64,000 bases of DNA from IMG/VR virus record IMGVR_UViG_3300020419_000859; one strand, written 5' to 3'. Shown here in pieces: positions 39,672-49,995 of this stretch. The notes beneath the pieces are model-generated. The model saw nothing but the letters and a program-made list of their open reading frames with translations. It was not told the origin of the DNA and ran no database searches. The position numbers and the translations under genes are program-made. This DNA is from a virus. Numbering within the stretch: position 1 is the stretch's first letter; each line of letters starts with the position of its first letter.

Positions 39672-39697
39672 TGTGGTGGCGAGAAATCGCCACTACA
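39672..39697 (+). terminator. Hairpin terminator
   Basis: TGTGGTGGCGA-GAAA-TCGCCACTACA. Confidence 0.6.
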
Positions 39698-39716
39698 ACC
39701 AAATTAACGGAGATTT

Positions 39717-39926
39717 ATGGCCACAAAAGCACAATTAAAAAAACAAATAGAAACATTAGAAGATACGAACAAGTGGTTTAGAAAACAACTTGAGCCACAT
39801 GATTGTGGTTGGATGTATACCACAATTGATGGTATCAAGTATAGAATAAAAGTATTAAAGAGAAGATTAAGAGCAAAAGAAAAAGGTAAAATTGTTAAAG
39901 AAAAACACTGGAGTGAATATGAATAA
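39717..39926 (+). CDS. Hypothetical protein
   Basis: SD GGAG; ORF. Confidence 0.45.
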   Translation: MATKAQLKKQIETLEDTNKWFRKQLEPHDCGWMYTTIDGIKYRIKVLKRRLRAKEKGKIVKEKHWSEYE

Positions 39927-40025
39927 ACAATTAAAAGAAATCAGAAAGATAGTTAGTGGTGTGATCGCAGTTGGTGGTTTTATAGTCATACTTGCAGTAG
40001 TATTAAATTTATTACAAGGCACATT

Positions 40026-40877
40026 ATGATATTAGTAGATTTAAACCAGATATTGATTTCAAACTTGATGGTGCAGACCAGAAATAAGGCTGACGTTAAG
40101 CCTAATTTGGATATGGTGCGCCAAATGGTTTTAAATTCTTTACGTGGTTTTAATCTAAAATTTAAAGACGAGTATGGTGACATGGTACTATGCTCAGACG
40201 CTGCCGATCCTTGGCGTAGAGAGATATTTCCACAATATAAACATGGTAGACGTAAAGGTAGAGTTGATTCAGATACCGATTGGGATAATATTTTTAATAT
40301 TATGGCTACTATTAAGAAAGAATTAGTTGATAACTTTCCTTATAAAGTTATGTATGTAGAGAATGCTGAAGCAGATGATATTATTGCAACACTAATTAAA
40401 CAACAACAAGACATGATATATCTTATCATATCAGGAGACAAGGACTTTATTCAATTACATCATTATGGTAATGTTTACCAGTTTAGTCCTATTTTAAAAG
40501 GTTTCATTGGTGAACAGGATGACCCTAAACAATTTTTATATGAACAGATTATAAAAGGTGACCGGTCAGATGGTGTACCTAATATATTAAGTAAAGATGA
40601 TATATTTTTAGAACAAGGTGTAAGACAAAGACCTATCAATAAGAAAAGAATGGCTGAATTTGGTAATATAGAAACCAATATGACGTTAGATGAAGATATT
40701 AAGAAGAACTATTTAAGAAACAAGAAGTTAATAGACCTATCGCAGATACCAGAAAACATAGAAAATAGAATTATAAATACTTTCAAGAATTATAAAGTTA
40801 AAGACAGGTCGCTCCTGTTGAATTACTTTATGAAAAATAAAATGAAGACATTGATTGAACAAGTTAATGACTTTTAA
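40026..40877 (+). CDS. rnh: T4-type RNase H (5'-3' exonuclease)
   Basis: MILVDLNQ, WRR..FP.YK..R, EADDIIA, ISGDKDFIQL, KGDRSDGVPN. Confidence 0.92.
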   Translation: MILVDLNQILISNLMVQTRNKADVKPNLDMVRQMVLNSLRGFNLKFKDEYGDMVLCSDAADPWRREIFPQYKHGRRKGRVDSDTDWDNIFNIMATIKKELVDNFPYKVMYVENAEADDIIATLIKQQQDMIYLIISGDKDFIQLHHYGNVYQFSPILKGFIGEQDDPKQFLYEQIIKGDRSDGVPNILSKDDIFLEQGVRQRPINKKRMAEFGNIETNMTLDEDIKKNYLRNKKLIDLSQIPENIENRIINTFKNYKVKDRSLLLNYFMKNKMKTLIEQVNDF

Positions 40878-40899
40878 CATATATATGGAGAAATAAATT

Positions 40900-41430
40900 A
40901 TGGCTGAACAACCAAAAATGAATCCTTCGTTGATGTCAGCGTCAAGAACTATGGGCTCTACGGAACCTACAGTACACGAAATCTTTACGCTTGTAAACAA
41001 TGCCAAGGATAAACCAAAGAAGATAGAGGTATTAAAGAAACATGATACCAACGCATTGAGAATGTTGCTCAAAGCTGCTTTTGATCCAAAAATAGAGTTT
41101 GATTTACCAGAAGGAACACCACCTTTTATACGTAATGAAGCTCCTGCTGGAACAGAGCATACAAGTCTTTTTTATGCAAGTAAGAAACTATGGCGTTTCG
41201 TTAAAGGTGCAGATCCAGAAACAAATCAACTCGCAAGAGAAAAGATGTTTTTAGGTTTGTTAGAATCTTTACATGAAAAAGACGCAGATGTTTTAATTGG
41301 CATAAAAGACAAAAAATTAAACAACATGTACAAAGGTTTAACTAGTCAAATGGTCAGAGAATCATTTAATTGGGACTCAAACTTTATGAAACAGACAGGT
41401 AAGTCGATTCTAAAAGAATTACTGTCTTAA
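40900..41430 (+). CDS. Conserved marine T4-like hypothetical protein (DUF6433-like)
   Basis: FDP.I...LPEG.PP...AP.GTEHT.L; RE.MF..LLE.LH..DA. Confidence 0.55.
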   Translation: MAEQPKMNPSLMSASRTMGSTEPTVHEIFTLVNNAKDKPKKIEVLKKHDTNALRMLLKAAFDPKIEFDLPEGTPPFIRNEAPAGTEHTSLFYASKKLWRFVKGADPETNQLAREKMFLGLLESLHEKDADVLIGIKDKKLNNMYKGLTSQMVRESFNWDSNFMKQTGKSILKELLS

Positions 41431-41439
41431 AACCTCACA

Positions 41440-41473
41440 TTTTTAAGGGTGCGACACACTGTACCCTTAAAAA
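41440..41473. terminator. Hairpin, possibly a bidirectional terminator
   Basis: TTTTTAAGGGTGC...GTACCCTTAAAAA inverted repeat. Confidence 0.55.
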
Positions 41474-41510
41474 ACCCTTATAAATCAACACTTTTAAATT
41501 TATTTTCTGC

Positions 41511-41539
41511 TTGACTTTAATGTACGAATGGTATATCCT
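41511..41539 (+). promoter_or_regulatory. Sigma70-type promoter
   Basis: TTGACT-17bp-TATCCT. Confidence 0.55.
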
Positions 41540-41570
41540 AAATATATTAAAGAGAAGAAAGGTATATATT

Positions 41571-41900
41571 ATGAAAAAGTTGATATTAATTTTAGCTGTA
41601 CTGTGGTTAGGTTTGAATGCCTTTGCCAATTCAGTTAAAGCAGACGATTATAACAAGGCAGTTATTGGCCATGTTATATCAGAGACGATAAAGAACAATG
41701 AGATAGATCACAAATCTATTATGGAAAGTGAACTGTCTAAACTTGGACACCTTTACGCCTTGGAAATGGTTTCTATTTTAGAAAAACATTTACCATACAT
41801 ACTTGATTCTGTAATGACAGAGTTGAGATTGAAAGCAGACCACGAATATAAATGTAAGTTGCTTGAAGACACTAAAGCCGTTGACAAAGATTGTATATAA
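41571..41900 (+). CDS. Secreted hypothetical protein
   Basis: MKKLILILAVLWLGLNAFANSVKA signal peptide. Confidence 0.55.
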   Translation: MKKLILILAVLWLGLNAFANSVKADDYNKAVIGHVISETIKNNEIDHKSIMESELSKLGHLYALEMVSILEKHLPYILDSVMTELRLKADHEYKCKLLEDTKAVDKDCI

Positions 41901-41930
41901 TGATTAACTTAAAATTAGGAGAACAAAGAA

Positions 41931-42347
41931 TTGTTAAGAAGATCAAAAAAATATACGAAGACCAAAAAGTTATTAAAGGCTGACCTTACCCAAAAATCAT
42001 CTAAACGAAAATATAAAACTAGATATATTGATATAAAAAAATATTTTGCTATGATAAATGAACTAGTATTTGATAACAAACTTTCGCCGTTTAACAAAGT
42101 ATATATTAAGAAGATGAGAAACGCAACGTTAGGTCAAGTTATAACTTACGATTGGGAAAGACGAGGAACAAGAGAGTACGAGCTTCATATGTTGCCGTAC
42201 TATGACGATAAACAAGAATTTGCTAACACGTTAGCACATGAAATGGTACATCTACACCAGATGGCCAACGAGGGCGATACTGGTAACCATAACGCCTTGT
42301 TTTATAGTTACCGAAACAAATTAAACAAAGTAGGATTGGACTTATAA
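41931..42347 (+). CDS. SprT-like zinc metalloprotease
   Basis: N...F...L, TLAHEMVH (HExxH), downstream H...F. Confidence 0.75.
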   Translation: MLRRSKKYTKTKKLLKADLTQKSSKRKYKTRYIDIKKYFAMINELVFDNKLSPFNKVYIKKMRNATLGQVITYDWERRGTREYELHMLPYYDDKQEFANTLAHEMVHLHQMANEGDTGNHNALFYSYRNKLNKVGLDL

Positions 42348-42349
42348 TT

Positions 42350-42661
42350 ATGAGCAATATGATGAGAAGAAAAGTGAAAGAACTTGATCCTTACCTAAAA
42401 GGTAGAATAGGTGAGGCATTGATACAACTACAAGAATTACATAAACCATCAAATAGATCAGGTACATCAAGAGTATATTACACTGGTAATTGGGCTAAAG
42501 ATGTATACGATAACTTTACAGATAAACAGGCGGCTACTATATTTGCAAAAGTGGCTAAGATGAAAGATGGTTTATCTTTATCTCAACAAAAACTACCTAC
42601 ATTTAAAGATGAAGAAGGACAAGAGTGGAGTGGTTATGATTACATTGCGAGGAAATTATGA
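42350..42661 (+). CDS. Hypothetical protein
   Basis: Coupled ORF. Confidence 0.5.
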   Translation: MSNMMRRKVKELDPYLKGRIGEALIQLQELHKPSNRSGTSRVYYTGNWAKDVYDNFTDKQAATIFAKVAKMKDGLSLSQQKLPTFKDEEGQEWSGYDYIARKL

Positions 42662-43230
42662 AAACAATGAGAACTATAGCAAGAACTTTAATGTTCGTGG
42701 TTGTGGTATTATTTTGTGTAACCACGGTACACTATTACAAAATTCAGGCAAACGCAACACTGCCTACAAAACCAGACTTTGAACATACAAACAATCAACA
42801 GTTTATAGACAACGTTAATCAGTGTGTTGAGTATATCTATTTTTATGAAAAGACAGCTAATAGGGTAGATAAAGATTTACTATTGGCACAAGCGGCTCTA
42901 GAGTCAGGCTGGGGAAATAGTAGATTTGCCAGAGTTGGTAAAAACCTATTTGGTATTAGAACGTATGATTTAAAAGAGCCACATATGTTGCCTTCAAACA
43001 ATCCTAAAAAGTGGGGAGTTAAAGTATTTCAACATGAGTGTGATGGTGTTTTACATTATATAAATACTTTAAGTAACCACCATGCTTACGAGAAATACAG
43101 AGAACTATTAGCCACAGGTGCAGATAGTTTAGAATTAGTTGAAACACTTGACGCATATGCCAGTGATAAAGATTATTTCTGGAAAGTAAAAGCGATCATC
43201 AAAAAAATAAGAGAAAACTACAAACACTAA
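42658..43230 (+). CDS. GH73/Bax-like glucosaminidase with an N-terminal TM
   Basis: AQAALESGWGNSRFA...NLFGIR, Y...L..H.AY...R, YASD..Y. Confidence 0.85.
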   Translation: MKTMRTIARTLMFVVVVLFCVTTVHYYKIQANATLPTKPDFEHTNNQQFIDNVNQCVEYIYFYEKTANRVDKDLLLAQAALESGWGNSRFARVGKNLFGIRTYDLKEPHMLPSNNPKKWGVKVFQHECDGVLHYINTLSNHHAYEKYRELLATGADSLELVETLDAYASDKDYFWKVKAIIKKIRENYKH

Positions 43231-43231
43231 T

Positions 43232-44152
43232 ATGTTTCTAATCATACTAACTTTTTTAAGTGCGATATCTATATCTGTAATAGCCGCTGGCTATTCTATA
43301 TTAGGTCTTGCAACACTATTTGCTGGTGCAGTTGTACCTATTATTGCTATGGGTAGTGCATTAGAAGTTGGTAAGTTAGTAGCTGCCTCGTGGTTGTATC
43401 ATAACTGGCGCTCAGATATACCTAGATTATTAAAAGCATATCTATTCACAGCTATTATAGTTTTAATTTTTATAACGTCTATGGGTATTTTTGGTTTCTT
43501 ATCAAAAGCACACCTAGATCAAGTCAAACCAACATCTGGTAATAATATAAAAATAGAATTACTTGATAAACAAATTAATCAACAACAATTAATTATAAAC
43601 AGAGCAGAAAAACAATTATCTTTACTAGACAAAGCATTAGAAGTTTATATTGACAAAGAATATGTCACTAGAGGTCTAAAAGAAAGAGCTAAACAAGAAG
43701 AAGAAAGAAATGCCTTAAATAGTGCAATCAATAATGCTAGTGATAAGATTGCAGAATTAACAAATAGTAAGGCTAGTCTATCATTAGAACAAGATAAGAT
43801 AGAGGCAGAGGTAGGTCCTATTAAGTATGTAGCAGAGTTAATATATGGTGAGAATGCTGAACAAAATTTTGACAAGGCAGTTAGAATTGTAATACTCATA
43901 TTAATATTTGTATTTGACCCATTAGCAGTATTGTTATTGATAGCGGCTAATATATCATTGAGACAGTGGAGAATGAAAAGACAATTGACGGCTACAAATA
44001 AGAAAGTAAACCTAGAGGCAAAATTAAAAAGATTAGAAAAAAGAAATAAGAAGTTGAGAAGATATAAGAATGTGGTAAAAGACTTTGGCGATAGTCCAGA
44101 TGAGATTAAATTAAAGTTAAACCAGATAGTGAATTTAGATGACAAGAATTAG
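43232..44152 (+). CDS. Multi-TM coiled-coil membrane protein (conserved in T4-like phages)
   Basis: AA.YS..GL, LEVGKLVAASW, TSMGIFGFLSKAH, EVGPIKY, IFVFDPLAV. Confidence 0.6.
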   Translation: MFLIILTFLSAISISVIAAGYSILGLATLFAGAVVPIIAMGSALEVGKLVAASWLYHNWRSDIPRLLKAYLFTAIIVLIFITSMGIFGFLSKAHLDQVKPTSGNNIKIELLDKQINQQQLIINRAEKQLSLLDKALEVYIDKEYVTRGLKERAKQEEERNALNSAINNASDKIAELTNSKASLSLEQDKIEAEVGPIKYVAELIYGENAEQNFDKAVRIVILILIFVFDPLAVLLLIAANISLRQWRMKRQLTATNKKVNLEAKLKRLEKRNKKLRRYKNVVKDFGDSPDEIKLKLNQIVNLDDKN

Positions 44153-44303
44153 TATTTTAATATTATTGCTCGTGACTTTGAGTGGTTGCATGAAGACAAC
44201 CTGTGTAACCGACCTAGAATGTAAGAAAACATTAGATTGGAATAACCCTGGATTTACAGTAGTCCGAACAATAATAACACAAGGCGCTAATGCAGGCAAT
44301 TAG
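44139..44303 (+). CDS. 54-aa lipoprotein (below the ORF track cutoff)
   Basis: MTRISILILLLVTLSGC, lipobox LSGC. Confidence 0.55.
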   Translation: MTRISILILLLVTLSGCMKTTCVTDLECKKTLDWNNPGFTVVRTIITQGANAGN

Positions 44304-44306
44304 AGC

Positions 44307-44335
44307 TTGACAAACCGTAAAAAATGAGGTATACT
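44307..44335 (+). promoter_or_regulatory. Sigma70-type promoter
   Basis: TTGACA-17bp-TATACT. Confidence 0.75.
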
Positions 44336-44342
44336 ATACATT

Positions 44343-44828
44343 ATGATAACATTGAACGATATACAACGAATCACTACAGATAAAGCAGAAAGACTTATTA
44401 ACAATGCAGTTAAGGCCAATAAAACGGCTGAGACAGATTGGGCTAAGAACTTTTGGCATGGTGTATTTGTTAAATTATGTAAGAAATATAATAGAACTGA
44501 CTTATATAATAAACATTTACATTAGGTTGCCAAACTACAATATTTGTGGTATATTATAAATATGAAAACAATAAATGTCACGTTAAAAAAGAAAACGGTA
44601 CAAGAAGTTTATAATCAAGTTAAACTTTGCAGTGACCTTGGTTTTCCTAATTTTCAAAAAGGCGAACCTATTAATAAATTAATGCGTGAGATTAAAAAGG
44701 AAGTAATGAAACAAAAGAAACAGGACAAAGTGGTATTGTGGAAAGAACTATTAGATTTCTGGCCATTATCAATTGTAGTACCAGCAATGTTGATTGCTAT
44801 ACTAGTTGGTCCGTATTTTATGAGGTAA
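44343..44828 (+). CDS. Two small hypothetical proteins (44343-44525, 44562-44828)
   Basis: Each directly follows a promoter; the second follows TTGCCA-17-TATATT at 44527. Confidence 0.45.
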
Positions 44829-44829
44829 T

Positions 44830-45420
44830 ATGAATATATTTTATCTAGACAAAGATCCAGTTGTGTCAGCTGAAATGAGTTGTGACAAACACGTATGTAA
44901 GATGATTATTGAGTCTGCTCAAATGTTATCTACAGCACATAGATTACTAGACGGTATAGAGTGGACAGATTACTCTAAAAATGGCCGTAAGATTAAAAGA
45001 TGGCGACTAGAAGACCCTTACCTAGAAGATACTATTTACAAGGCATGTCATACAGGTCATCCTAGTACAGTATGGGTAATGTCAAATGCGTTTCACTATG
45101 CTTGGTTATACAAACATATGATTGCTCTTAATGAACAATTTAAATTAAGATACAATCATACAGAGGATCACATGACTATTCGTAAACTGAAAGATGTATT
45201 ACGAAACCCACCAAAAAATATCCCTATAAATAAGATTGCTACTGATCCAACACCTGCTATGCCAGATGAATGCAAAATACCTGGCGATGTGATTGGCTCG
45301 TACAGAAAGTATTATGTTATGAAGAAAAGAGAATTTGCTACCTGGAAAACACCAGCTGTTATACCAGAGTGGTACACAATAGGAATAAACAATGGCGAAG
45401 TTAGGCAAAACAACAAGTAA
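44830..45420 (+). CDS. Pyrimidine-dimer DNA glycosylase (DenV-like) family protein
   Basis: MNIFYLD.DP..SA...CDKHV.KMI.E.AQMLSTAH, H..HPST.W, AMPD, YR.YY...K. Confidence 0.75.
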   Translation: MNIFYLDKDPVVSAEMSCDKHVCKMIIESAQMLSTAHRLLDGIEWTDYSKNGRKIKRWRLEDPYLEDTIYKACHTGHPSTVWVMSNAFHYAWLYKHMIALNEQFKLRYNHTEDHMTIRKLKDVLRNPPKNIPINKIATDPTPAMPDECKIPGDVIGSYRKYYVMKKREFATWKTPAVIPEWYTIGINNGEVRQNNK

Positions 45421-46291
45421 AAGTACATTTAGATTTGATGGTAGAAGTAGACCGTCAGATGAACAGTATAAAAAAAGATGGAATGAAATTTTTGGTAAAA
45501 AGAAAAACCCTATTGCTAAAGATGTAAGAACACCAAAATATAAACCAAGAGTTGTAGAATCTAAAAAGAAATACAATAGAAAAAAGAAAGAGAAGATAGA
45601 TACATGGCAATGGACGTAAATCAAATAAGACCTTTGACATTAGAGGAAGAAAAAATTTTAAGAGAAGGATTATCAGATGTAGAGGTTACATATGAAAATG
45701 TTGCTACACTTACAGTAGAAGACCCTTTTGCTAATTTAGAAATACAAGGTGACAATAGTTTACCACAAGATTTAACGGAAGATGAGATTGTAAAAGATAC
45801 AGAAAATGATCCTTTTAAAGGAACTAGTATTGAGGGGAAAGATTAATGGCTAAATCAAAAGAAAAAATATACGAAAGAAATCCTGATACAGGAGTTATTC
45901 GTTGGAGATACGTAGATGAATCACCAGACAAATTTGGTTGGCCTAATTATGGTAGAATATTAAATGAAAAGAAAAGAAAAAATAAAAAAAAGTGAATATG
46001 AAAGTCTATACGATTGTATAGTCAGCGACCAAGTACCAGCTGACCACATCGCTAAATATTTTAAAGACGAAGGATTTTATAATTATTACACAAGGAGAAA
46101 AAATGGCAATCAAAGAAGCATTAATTAAAAAACTAGAGGGTGACGTAGCCTTATCTGAAGCAAACTTAAAAACGTTTTTTGAAAAACCAGTTGGTGTTGC
46201 AGAGCATATAGATTACGTAGAAACAGCCGAGAAAGAATTAATTAAACTTACAGACGCTAGAGATAAACTTGCTACATTAAAAAGTTTATAA
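45392..46291 (+). CDS. Several small hypothetical proteins (45392-45619, 45604-45846, 46103-46291 and shorter ORFs between)
   Basis: Coupled short ORFs. Confidence 0.4.
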
Positions 46292-46614
46292 TGGCTTATT
46301 CAGTAAATGATAAGTGTATCATGTGTAAACACACTGATTGCGTGGAGGTGTGTCCTGTAGATTGTTTCTATGAAGGAGAGAACATGTTAGTTATCAATCC
46401 TGATGAGTGTATAGATTGTGGTGTATGTGAACCAGAGTGTCCTGAAGAAGCAATACTATCAGACATGGAAGAAGAAGGACAAAAGTGGATTGCATTTAAC
46501 GATAAGTGGTCTAGACAATGGCCAGTTATTAACAAAAAGAAAGATAGTATGGATCCAGAAAACAAACATAGAGACGAAGCAGGTAAGTTAGAAAAGTATT
46601 TTAAGGATAAATGA
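46291..46614 (+). CDS. fdxA: 7Fe/8Fe ferredoxin (FdxA-like)
   Basis: [40 protein letters not shown]. Confidence 0.95.
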   Translation: MAYSVNDKCIMCKHTDCVEVCPVDCFYEGENMLVINPDECIDCGVCEPECPEEAILSDMEEEGQKWIAFNDKWSRQWPVINKKKDSMDPENKHRDEAGKLEKYFKDK

Positions 46615-47030
46615 TAATTGAAAAGATTAAAGAAACAGGCGACAGTTTAAAAATGTTAGAAGGCCACGATAGATTACAATATCTGGTAGACAAGGCCAAA
46701 GAGGTAGAACCTTTACCTCAATTAGTCAAAACAGAATCAAATAGAATACATGGTTGTGCCAGTAAATTATGGATTATAGGTGGTTTACAGACAGATAATA
46801 CTATGATATATAGAGTTGACGGTGACGCCCATATCACAAAAGGTACAGCTAAATTGGTAACAGATATAGTTAACAATGAAGATGTAAAAGATATTGCTAA
46901 CCTTACAGTAGATAGTTTTATACCACTAGGCATAAAAGAACTACTAACAATGCAGAGACAAAATGGTCTAGGCGAATTAATAACAAGAATTATAGGACTT
47001 GCAAGTGCCAATATACACGTTCAGAAATAA
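46611..47030 (+). CDS. sufE: SufE-family protein (second copy)
   Basis: [30 protein letters not shown]. Confidence 0.85.
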   Translation: MIIEKIKETGDSLKMLEGHDRLQYLVDKAKEVEPLPQLVKTESNRIHGCASKLWIIGGLQTDNTMIYRVDGDAHITKGTAKLVTDIVNNEDVKDIANLTVDSFIPLGIKELLTMQRQNGLGELITRIIGLASANIHVQK

Positions 47031-47325
47031 AAGAACTAAAAAAGAATATACAGAAATGATGACCATTGCAGAAATGGAGAAATATTTGTCTAAAAATAAA
47101 CATATTACACAAGTACCACAGGCTATAAATATATCCGGTGGCGTAATGGGTGTTAATATGAAAAACGATGGTGGTTGGAAAGACAACTTATCACGAATTG
47201 CAGAAGCACACCCTACTAGTGCGTTAGCCGATAGATATGGTAAAAGATCAGCGAAAGAAATCGCAACAAGAAACGTAGTCAAGAAACACTTGAAAAGACA
47301 AGCACAAGGGAGAAAAAAGAAATGA
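47005..47325 (+). CDS. FmdB-like conserved phage protein
   Basis: GTG start, (M)PIYTF.N; DGGWKD.L.RI..AHP. Confidence 0.55.
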   Translation: MPIYTFRNKRTKKEYTEMMTIAEMEKYLSKNKHITQVPQAINISGGVMGVNMKNDGGWKDNLSRIAEAHPTSALADRYGKRSAKEIATRNVVKKHLKRQAQGRKKK

Positions 47326-47714
47326 CAAAAGACATACCAGATTACATGAGAGGTTTTGATCTAACCGATGATTGGGGAATGACGCCGGTGTCAGCACCAC
47401 CTAAACAAGAGGTGCCTGTAGTAGATACCAAGCCAATAGAAAATGCTAGTTTAGAAATATCAAAAGTTAAAGCAGACGTTTCATCTATTAAGTCAATGAT
47501 GAACGAAGTTATGCAGATAGTGGCAGAGAAAGATACTATAACAAAAGAAGTATCAGATGAAGATCAAAAGGCGAAGATGAAAGAACTTGAAAAAATAATA
47601 TTGCCTTTTTTATATAATTTAAGTAAAACTACTGAACCTTATATACATTGGCCTAACAGAGGTCCTATTATTAAGGCACAGATAGAAAAAGTGTTAAAAA
47701 TAACGAGAGGATAA
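47322..47714 (+). CDS. Conserved hypothetical protein
   Basis: LE..ILP.L.NL.K....YI.WPNR. Confidence 0.55.
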   Translation: MTKDIPDYMRGFDLTDDWGMTPVSAPPKQEVPVVDTKPIENASLEISKVKADVSSIKSMMNEVMQIVAEKDTITKEVSDEDQKAKMKELEKIILPFLYNLSKTTEPYIHWPNRGPIIKAQIEKVLKITRG

Positions 47715-47715
47715 A

Positions 47716-48183
47716 ATGAAATTAAGTAATAATTTTAGTCTTAAAGAATTAACAGCTTCACAAACAGCTGATCGTAAAGGTATTAATAATAATCCTAACG
47801 AAGATCAAATCAACAAGTTAAAACTGTTATGTGAAAAAGTTTTGCAACCAATAAGAGACCATTATGGCAAGGTAGTTACCGTGTCTAGTGGGTACAGATC
47901 CGTAGAGTTGTGTGAAGCCATAGGCTCAAGTAAAAATTCACAGCATGCTAAAGCGGAGGCGGCCGATTTTGAAATCTTTGGATTGTCCAATGCTGAACTA
48001 TGCAAGTGGATTTCTGATAATTTAGAATTTGATCAAATGATTCTGGAATACCACAATTTAGATGAACCTAACAGTGGGTGGATTCACTGCTCTTATAAGG
48101 CTGAAGACAATAGAAAACAAATTTTACGTGCTTACAGAAATGAAAGTGGTAAAACTTGTTATGAGTCATACGATCCGAATTGA
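47716..48183 (+). CDS. Peptidase M15A (Zn D-Ala-D-Ala peptidase; endolysin candidate)
   Basis: LS.NFSL.E, VLQPIR, SSGYRS, SQH...AAD, WIHCS. Confidence 0.88.
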   Translation: MKLSNNFSLKELTASQTADRKGINNNPNEDQINKLKLLCEKVLQPIRDHYGKVVTVSSGYRSVELCEAIGSSKNSQHAKAEAADFEIFGLSNAELCKWISDNLEFDQMILEYHNLDEPNSGWIHCSYKAEDNRKQILRAYRNESGKTCYESYDPN

Positions 48184-48264
48184 AAGGCAAAGCGTGACGA
48201 GTTAAGAAACTCTAGCGAATTAATAAACGACCATTTACAATTGTATAGGTCAACATGATATACT

Positions 48265-48939
48265 ATGGAATACAAGAACAACTTTGGTAAAATAAACATC
48301 TTTGAAGATAAAGAAAAGTTTAGAGGTAAAACTGTTGCAGTTGCCATGTCAGGTGGTTGTGACAGTACCTTGTTGTGTTATCTAATAGCAAACACAATAG
48401 ACAAAGAAGATTTAAATATTACAATTCAACCATATAATGGCCTAGACTTATGGGCACCAGGTGATGGTATGCAGATACCAAAAATAATCAATTACATTAA
48501 AAGTAAATTTCCTAACGTAAAGATAAATTGGCCATTGTCAGTTGTATTTGATACAAATGGTGGTAAAGCACCGTCAAAACATACTTACATAAAACCATTT
48601 TCAGTTATGTTAGAAGAAAAAATAGTAGACTATACTATTCATGGTATATCAATGGGTCCACCTGAAGATATACAAAAAGGATTTAACAAGACACAAGGTC
48701 ATCCAGACGAACTAGTACGTTTGCCTGGTGGTTTATATTGGGATGAACTCAATAACCAAGAAGATGATCTGGCACCATATAAAACAGTAGACAAAAGATT
48801 TATGATACAGGCATATGCCGACCATGGTATTGATGATCTGTTAGATATGACAGCCTCATGTATTGTACCCGATCCTGGTTGTAGTGGTACGTGTTGGTGG
48901 TGTCAGGAAAGACAATGGGCAATAGACGAAGTGTATTAG
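48265..48939 (+). CDS. QueC-like PP-loop ATPase
   Basis: VAMSGGCDST; C-terminal T.SC....C..CWWC.ER. Confidence 0.7.
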   Translation: MEYKNNFGKINIFEDKEKFRGKTVAVAMSGGCDSTLLCYLIANTIDKEDLNITIQPYNGLDLWAPGDGMQIPKIINYIKSKFPNVKINWPLSVVFDTNGGKAPSKHTYIKPFSVMLEEKIVDYTIHGISMGPPEDIQKGFNKTQGHPDELVRLPGGLYWDELNNQEDDLAPYKTVDKRFMIQAYADHGIDDLLDMTASCIVPDPGCSGTCWWCQERQWAIDEVY

Positions 48940-48941
48940 GC

Positions 48942-48970
48942 TTGACAAAATAGTACATTTAGTATATTAT
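48942..48970 (+). promoter_or_regulatory. Sigma70-type promoter
   Basis: TTGACA-17bp-TATTAT. Confidence 0.75.
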
Positions 48971-48979
48971 TAAACTATT

Positions 48980-49663
48980 ATGAGCAAATTTAAATTTATA
49001 GAACTAGATAAAAATGTCTTACCTAAAACAAAGGGTAAGAAAATAGATGGTTTTAGATTTTACGATATAAATGGTAAAAACTATCCATCAATAACTACCG
49101 TACTTGGTATTCAAAAGACCAAAGAACTACAAAAATGGCGTGACTCAATTGGTGAAGACGTGGCTAAATGGGAAATGAATAGAGCAGCTAGACGTGGTAA
49201 ATCTACACATACATTAGTTGAACAATATTTAAAAGGCGAAACTCCAAGTGAGAGAAGTGTATTGCCTCTAGGTATGTTTAAACTATTGAAACCATACATA
49301 GATCAAATTAACAACATACATTGTTTAGAAACAATTATGTACAGTAAAAAATTAACAATTGCTGGACAAGTGGATTGTATTGCAGAATATAATGGTAAGT
49401 TGTCAGTGATAGATTTCAAAACAGCCAACAAAGAAAGACAAGAGAGTTGGATTGAAAACTATTTTGTACAAACTTGTGCTTACTCTATGATGTACGAAGA
49501 ATTATATGGTAAGAGAATAGATCAGCTGGTCATTTTGATCGCAGGCGAAGATGGTAGCGTGATGGCATTTAAAAAAGACAGAAAAGATTATGAAGAAAAG
49601 TTAGGTAAATCTATTCAGGCCTTTTATAAATATTATGAAGAAATCAATAAAGATAAAGTATAA
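48980..49663 (+). CDS. PD-(D/E)XK exonuclease
   Basis: YPSITTVL, RG...H..VE.YL, AGQVDCIAEY, VIDFKT, YFVQ..AY. Confidence 0.88.
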   Translation: MSKFKFIELDKNVLPKTKGKKIDGFRFYDINGKNYPSITTVLGIQKTKELQKWRDSIGEDVAKWEMNRAARRGKSTHTLVEQYLKGETPSERSVLPLGMFKLLKPYIDQINNIHCLETIMYSKKLTIAGQVDCIAEYNGKLSVIDFKTANKERQESWIENYFVQTCAYSMMYEELYGKRIDQLVILIAGEDGSVMAFKKDRKDYEEKLGKSIQAFYKYYEEINKDKV

Positions 49664-49995
49664 TGAACTTCATATATTCCTTAATACTCCTATTAGGAGT
49701 TAGTAGTATCTCTACGGCTGAGGAATATACCAACAACTTCAATCTAGCACCTAGTGAAATGCCTGTGTTATGTGGACATCCAGAATATGTACACAAATTT
49801 ATTATTGATATGGGTTTTAAAATGGACGAAGCTAGTTTAGGAAGAGCCGGTGCAAAACCAGATGGTGATCCAATTATGATGATAACGAGATATGTAAATG
49901 ATGATCAGGTAATTGCAACGGTTGATATACCTACAGGTGAATCAGCGTGTATCATGTATCACACCTTTGATAGGACACAATTACAAGGAGATTAA
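49663..49995 (+). CDS. Secreted hypothetical protein
   Basis: Signal peptide; PVLCG...ACI. Confidence 0.5.
   Translation: MNFIYSLILLLGVSSISTAEEYTNNFNLAPSEMPVLCGHPEYVHKFIIDMGFKMDEASLGRAGAKPDGDPIMMITRYVNDDQVIATVDIPTGESACIMYHTFDRTQLQGD

Noticed and set aside
43059-47131. TATAAATA matches inside coding regions (43059, 47124)
   Set aside because: Expected by chance in AT-rich DNA; function cannot be supported without transcript data.
48980-49663. Cas4/CRISPR system
   Set aside because: It is the common phage PD-(D/E)XK exonuclease; no repeat-spacer array or other cas genes were seen.
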